The notes beneath the pieces were generated by a model. It made no database searches. It worked only from the letters and a program-made list of their open reading frames with translations, and was not told the origin of the DNA. A stretch of DNA of 64,000 nt from Candidatus Dojkabacteria bacterium. GTDB taxonomy: Bacteria; Patescibacteriota; Dojkabacteria; SC72. The translations under genes and the position numbers were made by a program. Shown here piece by piece: positions 55,023 through 62,973 of the stretch. The number at the start of each line of letters is the position of its first letter. Position 1 is the first letter of the stretch. The stretch is from the NCBI GenBank assembly GCA_034002865.1, contig JAVEZR010000001.1:53247-117246 (forward strand), given 5' to 3'.

Positions 55023-57632
55023 ATGGCTAAGAAGTCTAAAACAGAAAACTTTGATGCTTTAGGTAGTGTATTTGATTTTCTCTTTACTGAGGCTAAGAAA
55101 CCACCAGATAAAAGGAAACCAATTAAACCTACAGGAGTAGCTGGAGATAGCGCACTTACTGACGCTTTGTTTTCATCTTTAGAGATGCCAGGAGCATTTG
55201 TAACAGATACCATTGTAGACGAATTTAACGGGGCAATAGATATTGAGTTGGGAAGGGTGAAATATGGAGAATACGGTAATGTAAAATTCACGACGACATC
55301 TTTAATTGATCTTTTGAAAGACCCTGAGAAAGCTTTCCAAAAAGCTGTTACTACTCAGAAGGCAATCCGAAAATCTCAGAGAGCGATGTTTCTTGGTGCT
55401 GCAATGGAAGATTTGGTTACCTCTGCATGGGCGCATAAGTACGGTAACCTCGAGGCAAGAGCTGCTATCTATGGTGCGTCCGTAGCTAATAGAGCAGAAA
55501 GTTACAAAATTGAAAGAGCTCTTGGGCAGTTTGGTGCATCACACAAGGAAGATGGAGTATCAAAGTTACAAGGTACTGGAGCTCCTGGGCGTTTCTCTCC
55601 AAAAGATTTAAACTTCATGGCCGATAGGTCAACTGATTTACTAGGCAGTAAGACGTTCGGTAGCAATTGGAATACATTGAGTGACTCGGATAAAGCGGAG
55701 TTTGCGAGCCAAGTAAGTGGAAAGAAAACTTCTGAGATACAGACATACTTAGCAAAGAAATATGGAACTACTATTCCAAGTGCAGCTACTAATTTTGGAG
55801 CAGCCGTTGGAAGTACAGAGAACGTAGATATCTTTAACGGTGCACTGTATAAGAAATTAGAAGGTGCTAATTTGCAAGATAAAATTGCGGATCCCTCAAC
55901 ATCTTCTGAAGAAAGAGAGATATACAAAAAAACATACTACTTATTACAAAGGGACAAAGTAACTCTTAATACTGCAATAAAGGATATTAAGGATAGATTA
56001 AAGAGAGCTACGTCTTCAGTAGATAAGGCAGTATTAGAGAAGGAGTTAAAAGAGACTAGAAATGTTCTAAGGATTGTACAAGGGCATGGTGTTTTCGGAA
56101 GAATTGGTCAAATTGAAGGATATTATAACTCTCTAAACAATATTTATGGAGGAGTATTAGGTTCTAATTTCGCTGCTAGTGTGTTAAATGGAAAACTTTA
56201 TGATAAAAACCAAAATTCCTTATTCTTACCTGTAAGTGAGGCTAAGGTAGGTGGCGTGGATATCTTAGTTGCAAAGGATAGTCCTTACAAGTTACTAGGT
56301 AAGTATAACCAAGTCATGACCGATATATACTATCTTACACCTAGATCATTGGCTCGTAATTTCTATAATGGCGAAGGTTTTGCATACCTTTTACATAAGA
56401 AATTGATAAATATAACTAAGCTTCCTGCTTTTTCAAAACTTTCTAGCTTAGGAATAGATAAAAAAACATTATTAGAAGGATTTAATAGTAAAGACATAGA
56501 TACTTTTATTAATGATTTATTGAAAAAATCTTCAGGTATATTGAATGCTAAAGAGTTAGAAAAACTTGAAAAGTTTCTACAGTCATCAAAAACTCTTAAA
56601 AAATTAGCTCATAGATTTAGTTTTGTCTCTAGAGTTCAAGAATCTTTGAATAAGGCACTTGGAGAGCAACTAAAGAAATTCCGTACTGAGATTAAAGATT
56701 GGATATTGAAAAATCCTAAGGTTCTCGCTTGGTTTACAAAAGTAGGTGCCGATAAGTTACTAAAACAGTGGGCTCTTAAAGGAGGAATCGATGTTTTAAT
56801 AAAATCTCTTCTAAGTGCAATAGCCAGTGCATTAGGACTAAGTATGGGCCCTGTAGTTAGTGCTATTGTAGGAGGATTAACGATGATTGTATCAGGTGTT
56901 GTAATGAAAGTACTAGGCGTTGGATTGAATATGCTGAAGTGGGCTGCAATAGGTGCATTCGCTATCCTACTTATTATCCCTACATTAGGTTACGGTTCTT
57001 TAATTAGTTATAATCAAAAGAATTTATCATATAAGTTGGAAACCCCAGGATCAATAATTCAATGCACAGTATATCAAGAAACAGAGCTTGAAGAGGGAGA
57101 TACCCCTTGGGGAGACACAATTATACCTCCTCCATCTGGAGAAAGCTGTATATTTGGAGCAGGAAGCTTTGGATGTTCACAAGGATACAATGATGTAGAT
57201 GGCTGGACCCATCAGAGAACCTCACATCTAATGCCTGTAGACTTAACATCCGTAGGATATATATATGCTCCTCAATTTTGTAGTACAGGGAATTGTAGTA
57301 TTACAAGAATTGCAATGATTAACTGTAGTGATGGATCTAATGCTGGAGGTATAGTTGAATTAACTGCTACAAGTGGAGGTACTACTTACTTCTTTAAACT
57401 ACTACATGTAAAACCTTTGGCAGGATTAGGTGAGAAGCTCTCAGGAGGGCAGGCTGTTGCAGTAGTTCAAGAATCTCCAGAGGTAGAGAAAGGATGGTGT
57501 TGGACAGGTAAGCATTTACACTTAGAAACAAGACAGAATGGTGCAGTAGTAGATCCTTTGGAATTACTACAAAGTTTTAGCTGTGGAGTACCTGATGAGT
57601 CCAGTTGTAGTAGGCCAAAACCTAAGTTATAA
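55023..57632 (+). CDS. Membrane protein with a ~570-aa cytoplasmic N-domain, 2-3 TM helices and a C-terminal extracytoplasmic Cys-rich M23 (LytM-type) peptidase domain
   Basis: 869 aa with no signal peptide. TM block LSAIASALGLSMGPVVSAIVGGLTMIVSGVVMKVLGVGLNMLKWAAIGAFAILLIIPTL. The C-terminal domain has M23 motifs HxxxD (SHLMPVD) and HxH (GKHLHLETRQNGAVVDP). Confidence 0.6.
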   Translation: MAKKSKTENFDALGSVFDFLFTEAKKPPDKRKPIKPTGVAGDSALTDALFSSLEMPGAFVTDTIVDEFNGAIDIELGRVKYGEYGNVKFTTTSLIDLLKDPEKAFQKAVTTQKAIRKSQRAMFLGAAMEDLVTSAWAHKYGNLEARAAIYGASVANRAESYKIERALGQFGASHKEDGVSKLQGTGAPGRFSPKDLNFMADRSTDLLGSKTFGSNWNTLSDSDKAEFASQVSGKKTSEIQTYLAKKYGTTIPSAATNFGAAVGSTENVDIFNGALYKKLEGANLQDKIADPSTSSEEREIYKKTYYLLQRDKVTLNTAIKDIKDRLKRATSSVDKAVLEKELKETRNVLRIVQGHGVFGRIGQIEGYYNSLNNIYGGVLGSNFAASVLNGKLYDKNQNSLFLPVSEAKVGGVDILVAKDSPYKLLGKYNQVMTDIYYLTPRSLARNFYNGEGFAYLLHKKLINITKLPAFSKLSSLGIDKKTLLEGFNSKDIDTFINDLLKKSSGILNAKELEKLEKFLQSSKTLKKLAHRFSFVSRVQESLNKALGEQLKKFRTEIKDWILKNPKVLAWFTKVGADKLLKQWALKGGIDVLIKSLLSAIASALGLSMGPVVSAIVGGLTMIVSGVVMKVLGVGLNMLKWAAIGAFAILLIIPTLGYGSLISYNQKNLSYKLETPGSIIQCTVYQETELEEGDTPWGDTIIPPPSGESCIFGAGSFGCSQGYNDVDGWTHQRTSHLMPVDLTSVGYIYAPQFCSTGNCSITRIAMINCSDGSNAGGIVELTATSGGTTYFFKLLHVKPLAGLGEKLSGGQAVAVVQESPEVEKGWCWTGKHLHLETRQNGAVVDPLELLQSFSCGVPDESSCSRPKPKL

Positions 57633-57644
57633 AACTAAGATATA

Positions 57645-58616
57645 ATGAAAATACAGGGAAGTAGAAAGAATGCCTTCTATATTCTAATAGCCTTTATAAT
57701 TATCATCTCAGTAGTACTTCTAATAGTGCTAAACTCCCTTTATGCTAAACAGTATCCAGAGGAACCAATTAAGATGAAGAACCTTGGTAAAAGTACTCAA
57801 ACAATTGATATATCTTCCTTAAGTAAAAAGATTGAACAGGAAGATATCCCTGTATATTTTGTACACCCAAGATTACATATCTCAAATGTAGAGGAGATGA
57901 TTGATAAAATGGGTTTGTCATTAAAAAGAGAAGATATAGTTAAAGATAGCTATATCCAATGGAGTGATGGGGAAAATAGCTTCACATATGACTCTGTACA
58001 AGACACAGTATCGTTTCAATTAACAAGAAGGATATCATTAGAAAGAGGGGTAGAAGCTTTTAAGAATGTATTTCAAAAGTACCTAGGTATCCAACACGAT
58101 TATGTTTTAATTAAAGAGAGAAAGAACAACGATGGAGGAGTAACTTACTACGCTTCTCGTACCTTAGATGGTATTCCTGTTCAGTTTGGTGCTAACTATG
58201 AATACTCTGAGATTTTAAAATTTAACAAGGAGGGAGTTTTAGAATCAGGACAGTTACTATTAGCAGAGTTTGAGAAGTATGATCTATATGTTCCAACCAT
58301 TACCAATGATGAGTTAAAAGCGTATATAAATGCAAAAGATTATCCTAAAGAGCACTATATAGATAGCTCTGTATTAACAGAGACATTAGATCTTAACTAT
58401 CTTGATGAAGCCTGGGGAGAAATAGAGGGCACATTGGAGGAGTGTAAGGCTCAAGATTTTGAAAATATCTTTCTTTACAAAAATAGTAATCAAGGATACC
58501 TTTTACCCGTAGTAAAGATATCTGCTAATTGTAATGTTACTAGTAAAGCCACTGTATATACCGTACCCGTAACTTTCTATGTTAATGGAGTTAGCCCCGA
58601 TTATGTGACTTTGTAA
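57645..58616 (+). CDS. Hypothetical membrane-anchored extracytoplasmic protein
   Basis: 323 aa with an N-terminal TM (FYILIAFIIIISVVLLIVL). No motif. Confidence 0.4.
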   Translation: MKIQGSRKNAFYILIAFIIIISVVLLIVLNSLYAKQYPEEPIKMKNLGKSTQTIDISSLSKKIEQEDIPVYFVHPRLHISNVEEMIDKMGLSLKREDIVKDSYIQWSDGENSFTYDSVQDTVSFQLTRRISLERGVEAFKNVFQKYLGIQHDYVLIKERKNNDGGVTYYASRTLDGIPVQFGANYEYSEILKFNKEGVLESGQLLLAEFEKYDLYVPTITNDELKAYINAKDYPKEHYIDSSVLTETLDLNYLDEAWGEIEGTLEECKAQDFENIFLYKNSNQGYLLPVVKISANCNVTSKATVYTVPVTFYVNGVSPDYVTL

Positions 58617-58623
58617 GCATCTT

Positions 58624-59829
58624 TTGTGGTACAATATTGAAATGAAAATATTCAGATTATTTACAATTCTCTTTGTTACACAACTCTTCTTCTTACTTCT
58701 TGGTAGTACTACTTACGCTATGGATATTACTACCAGAGAAGATCTTAAATTAGATAGTACTCTCTCAGAAGAGGAGTCACTCTTTACACAACCTCAGAAG
58801 ATATATATTACTCAGGTAAAAAGTTTAAACAAAGAGCTTAAGAATGATAGTCGTGCATGGGTAAGGTCAATATATTACTACAGTATTACAAGGTTAAAAT
58901 TAAATGATATACCTTACAACTATCTTGTAGATAGTAGTGGAAATGTATTTGAAGGAACAAGGGGTGGAGCTGGAGCAAATCCAGGCCTACAGGGAGGAGA
59001 TAACGTTGTACTTATAGGGATACTAGATAGTGATTCAACATTAACACCTAGAGCTCAAAGCTCCCTTGTAGAGTTAGTTGAAACTCTTTCATATAAGTAT
59101 GGGATAAAGGAAGGCTCTTGGGATTTTGTAGATTTACAGATTGCTATGAATGAGGGAGAGAGATCATATCTTACATATACGTCATCTAGTAGCTCTGTAT
59201 CGCAAACTATAACCCAAACAATGTCTTCTGTACGTTGGTCAGCAGAGGAGCATTTAGAGTACAAGGCAAGTATAGTAGATGTTGAATATCCAAAAGAGAT
59301 AGAGGTAGGTAAGCAGTTACCAGTGAAGGTTACAATTAAAAATGAGAATGATTTTACTTGGTTTAGTGATACTAAGTATATCTATATCTCTACTGCAGAT
59401 TCCTCTGAGAGTCCATATGCTATTAACTCTGCATGGGAGAGTTTTAGTAGGCCTACATATATTAAAGAGAAATATGTAAAACCTGGAGATAGTGTAGAGG
59501 TACAGTTTAATATGCTAGGTAAGAGCAAACCTGGGGAGTATAAAGAGGAGTTTATTTTTGTTAAGGATAGTGCTTCCCAATTTAAAGATTCAAACTTTGA
59601 AGTAACTTTTAATATCATTGCTGGAGAGTATAAGCTTGTAGAAGTAGTATCTCCACAGTATGGATTTGTAAATATTCGTGAATGTAGATGGTATAGCTGT
59701 GCAAAGATAGAGGTAGCAAATGATGGAGACGTCTTTATTATGAACAAGAAAGAGGAGGGATGGTATGAAATTTACTACAACGAAGGGAATTTAGGTTGGG
59801 TATCCCAAACCTATATGAAAGAGCTATAG
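58624..59829 (+). CDS. Secreted PGRP/amidase_2-like peptidoglycan-binding protein with a C-terminal SH3b-like domain; the zinc ligands appear to be missing
   Basis: Signal peptide. PGRP-like core (IPYNYLVDSSGNVFEGTRGGAGANPGLQGGDNVVLIGIL vs PGRP DIGYNFLIGGDGxVYEGRGW...GAHA...NxxSIGI). The expected His and Cys ligands are not evident. The C-terminus (EGWYEIYYNEGNLGWVSQTYM) is SH3b-like. Confidence 0.5.
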   Translation: MWYNIEMKIFRLFTILFVTQLFFLLLGSTTYAMDITTREDLKLDSTLSEEESLFTQPQKIYITQVKSLNKELKNDSRAWVRSIYYYSITRLKLNDIPYNYLVDSSGNVFEGTRGGAGANPGLQGGDNVVLIGILDSDSTLTPRAQSSLVELVETLSYKYGIKEGSWDFVDLQIAMNEGERSYLTYTSSSSSVSQTITQTMSSVRWSAEEHLEYKASIVDVEYPKEIEVGKQLPVKVTIKNENDFTWFSDTKYIYISTADSSESPYAINSAWESFSRPTYIKEKYVKPGDSVEVQFNMLGKSKPGEYKEEFIFVKDSASQFKDSNFEVTFNIIAGEYKLVEVVSPQYGFVNIRECRWYSCAKIEVANDGDVFIMNKKEEGWYEIYYNEGNLGWVSQTYMKEL

Positions 59830-59914
59830 CTTATAGCAAAATTTCTTCTGATATCTTTATCTTATAACCCTGTTTTACTATCTATTACTAATCAATTTAA
59901 ATATAATCAATCAC

Positions 59915-61924
59915 GTGGCACCTCAAGATATAATTCTCGGAAAACTAAATCCACAGCAAAGAATTGCAGTGGAAACAACAGAGGGACCTTTGCTCGTATT
60001 CGCAGGGGCTGGATCAGGTAAAACAAGAGTTATTACCAACAGAATAGCCTACCTAATTACAGAGAAAAAGGTTTCTCCCGAGAACATCCTGGCAGTAACA
60101 TTCACTAAAAAAGCAGCAGGAGAAATGCAAGAAAGGGTAGTAGGACTTCTTAAGGAGTTAAATGTCAATGCAAAGAAACCTCCACTTATTGGAACTTTCC
60201 ATTCAATAGGTGCACTCTTCCTTAGGGAGAATTCTAAAGAGGTAGGATTAACTCCCAACTTCTCTATCTATGACAGTGCAGATTCTGAGAACTTAGTAAA
60301 AGATATACTTGTTGAACAGGGTATTGATATAAAACAGATTAGGCCTAAGGCTATCTCTTACTTCATATCCTCTGCAAAGAATGAAATGGTTTCCCCTGAG
60401 AACTTTAGAAATCACTACGGTGGCTTTATAGAGGATATTGTTGCAGATATATATCCTTTGTATCAAAAACAGCTATTAGCACAAAATTCTGTTGATTTTG
60501 GAGATCTCCTATATCTAGCAGTGAAACTACTTTCAGAGAAGAAAGATGTTCTTTCTAGATATCAAGAGTATTACAGATATATGATGATTGATGAGTATCA
60601 AGATACTAACAATGCACAGTATATGTTTGCCAAATTACTCTCTGAGAAGTATAAAAATATATGTGTAGTAGGTGATGATGATCAGGGTATATATGCATGG
60701 AGAGGTGCTGATATTAAAAATATTCAATCTTTTGAAAAAGATTTTGAGAATGTAAAAACAGTTAAGTTGGAACAGAATTATAGATCTAGTGCTAATGTAA
60801 TAGATGCTGCTACTGCTGTTATTAAACAGAATTACTCTAGAGTAGAGAAGGCCCTTTGGACAGAGAAAGAGTCAGGAGAGAGTATTACTGTATATCAATC
60901 ATTAGATCAAGATGATGAAGCTCAGTATGTGATGGATGAGATAGAGAATCTGAAGAGAAAGGGAGAAAAGCTCTCTAATATGGCAGTACTGTATCGAACT
61001 AACTATCAATCTCGTGTAATTGAGGAGGCTCTCTTAAAGAGAGGTTTGCCTTATAAATTGGTAGGAGGTTTTAGATTCTATGAGAGAAAAGAGGTAAAAG
61101 ATATTCTTAGCTATATGAGGTTTATACATAATATTAAAGATGAGTTAAGCCTTTCAAGAATATTAAATACACCTACAAGGAAAGTAGGTCCTAAGTCAGT
61201 GGCAACACTGCATGAAATTGCAAAATCATGTGAATGCTCTGTAGGAGAATTACTGGTAGCCACATATGAGATTGAGAATAGTATAGAGAGAAGATTAAAA
61301 ATATCCCCTCAGAGATATTCTAAAATAGAGGAAAAGATCTCTTTAATGGGTAAGTATACAAACTTAGTAAATATCTTTGGGGAAATATATACTGACTCAC
61401 AAGGGGAAGATGCTCTTACTGTAATAGACATTATTCTAAGAAAAATTAAGTATATACAGTGGATGGATGATGGTTCAGAGGCTGCAGAGTACAAGAAAGA
61501 GAATATAGAGGAGCTAAAGAATGTTGCCAGCAGTTATGCCCAGAAACATGGAGATAAATCTTTAGACGTACTCTTACAAGAGATAAATCTTTTAGAACAG
61601 GAACAGGATAAAAATCAAGATGGTAGTGGTAACTATGTTAACCTTATGACTTTACACTCTTCTAAAGGTTTAGAATTTGAAAATGTCTTCATTATTGGTA
61701 TGGAGGAAGGGATACTTCCACACTCTAGATCTTTCACTGATGAAGATGGCTTGGAAGAGGAAAGAAGGCTTTGCTATGTAGGTATTACAAGAGCAAGAGA
61801 GAAGCTGTATTTAACATTCGCAGATAAAAGGCAGGGAAGAGAAGGATATAATACTCAGATACCATCTAGATTCTTAGGAGAGATACCTCAAGATATTTGT
61901 GAATATTACAGTTGGCAAACTTAG
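59915..61924 (+). CDS. uvrD: ATP-dependent DNA helicase UvrD/PcrA family
   Basis: GTG start. LNPQQRIAVETTEGPLLVFAGAGSGKTRVITNRIAYLI (motifs Q and I), DEYQDTN (II), VGDDDQGIYAWRGA (III), and the C-terminal VGITRAREKLYLT (VI). 669 aa. Confidence 0.9.
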   Translation: MAPQDIILGKLNPQQRIAVETTEGPLLVFAGAGSGKTRVITNRIAYLITEKKVSPENILAVTFTKKAAGEMQERVVGLLKELNVNAKKPPLIGTFHSIGALFLRENSKEVGLTPNFSIYDSADSENLVKDILVEQGIDIKQIRPKAISYFISSAKNEMVSPENFRNHYGGFIEDIVADIYPLYQKQLLAQNSVDFGDLLYLAVKLLSEKKDVLSRYQEYYRYMMIDEYQDTNNAQYMFAKLLSEKYKNICVVGDDDQGIYAWRGADIKNIQSFEKDFENVKTVKLEQNYRSSANVIDAATAVIKQNYSRVEKALWTEKESGESITVYQSLDQDDEAQYVMDEIENLKRKGEKLSNMAVLYRTNYQSRVIEEALLKRGLPYKLVGGFRFYERKEVKDILSYMRFIHNIKDELSLSRILNTPTRKVGPKSVATLHEIAKSCECSVGELLVATYEIENSIERRLKISPQRYSKIEEKISLMGKYTNLVNIFGEIYTDSQGEDALTVIDIILRKIKYIQWMDDGSEAAEYKKENIEELKNVASSYAQKHGDKSLDVLLQEINLLEQEQDKNQDGSGNYVNLMTLHSSKGLEFENVFIIGMEEGILPHSRSFTDEDGLEEERRLCYVGITRAREKLYLTFADKRQGREGYNTQIPSRFLGEIPQDICEYYSWQT

Positions 61925-62868
61925 TTAATACCGTATGTTCTAACATATTTAGCATGACATGCAGGCCATTGGCTTCTTCTAGTAGATTCTCCAGCTCTAT
62001 ATTTAAAAATAGTGTTCCTTATCTGTGCATGACCATCAAAGATATTCTCTGAGAACTGTTTACGCCATGTAGTAGGACTCCATTGGAAAAGACCTTTGTA
62101 AGTACCTTTATTTGACTCTGCATTACATCCTGATTCACAGTACATTATAGATTTTAACCATCTTCTCTCTTCCTCGTTATACGGTCCTGAATCTACAACT
62201 GAGTACCAGTAATCACAGTTATACCCCTTAGGATCAATTCCTGCTAATGAGTAAAGTGATGTTCCTACCTCTAACACTTTGGTGACAGGCTCTTTAGCTA
62301 TACTCTCTGAAAGCAATGTACTTTCTACTAATTTACCATCCTCATAGTAGGTAAGCACTCTCTCCTTTTTAATACCTAATACTCCCTCCTGTGTAATATA
62401 CTCTTCACCTTTAAGGTACTTGTCTGTTTTAATTACATTCACATCAAATGGTATATCAGAAACAATCTCTTCAATTACAGATTCTGTTTTAATAACTCTA
62501 ACTAAGCTACCATTTGTAACATATTCAGAGCTTAGAATAATCCTATACTCTCCATCTAGGTATATCTTGTACTGATCTAATATCTTGTAAATATCTGTTT
62601 CTACAGTAAAGATTTTGTATACATACTCTCCCTTCTTAATATGAAGTAACTTTGGTCTTCTAGAGCTTCTTTCTAATTCACTATCTGTACCATATACTAT
62701 CTCCTTTATATCAATATCTTGTGAGTCAGTAGAACTACTTTGTGCTAACACAAGATTGTTATGAGAGTTATATGAAAAGAAAAGAATTAAAAGGAAGGTA
62801 ACAACTAGAGCAATTGTAAATCCTTTATATCTAATAGAAGGTCGTCGATTTGTACTGTTTGTATACAT
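61921..62868 (-). CDS. Rpf-like (resuscitation-promoting-factor type) transglycosylase with a G5 domain and N-terminal TM
   Basis: N-terminal TM. A G5-like segment (VIKTDKYLKGEEYITQEGVLGIKKERVLTYYEDGKLVE). A C-terminal transglycosylase-like motif (WLKSIMYCESGCNAESNKGTYKGLFQWSPTTW, cf. Rpf ECESGGNW...GLYQFS..TW). Confidence 0.6.
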   Translation of the reverse strand: MYTNSTNRRPSIRYKGFTIALVVTFLLILFFSYNSHNNLVLAQSSSTDSQDIDIKEIVYGTDSELERSSRRPKLLHIKKGEYVYKIFTVETDIYKILDQYKIYLDGEYRIILSSEYVTNGSLVRVIKTESVIEEIVSDIPFDVNVIKTDKYLKGEEYITQEGVLGIKKERVLTYYEDGKLVESTLLSESIAKEPVTKVLEVGTSLYSLAGIDPKGYNCDYWYSVVDSGPYNEEERRWLKSIMYCESGCNAESNKGTYKGLFQWSPTTWRKQFSENIFDGHAQIRNTIFKYRAGESTRRSQWPACHAKYVRTYGIN

Positions 62869-62973
62869 GTTTTTAATATTTTCCTCTGCTTGTCAATTAG
62901 AGGTTACAGGAAAGTATAGCATGATTGATAAAACATGTGTAAAATGAAAATATATAGTTTAATGTAATAGAAA

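Noticed and set aside
50882-55927. Minus-strand ORFs (50882-51298, 52262-52444, 52496-52756, 54315-54560, 55004-55291, 55502-55927) within the envelope operon
   Set aside because: Each is antisense to a longer plus-strand ORF in a tightly spaced co-directional operon. Their composition matches reverse-complement artefacts (Ser/Thr/Pro-rich) and they have no motifs.
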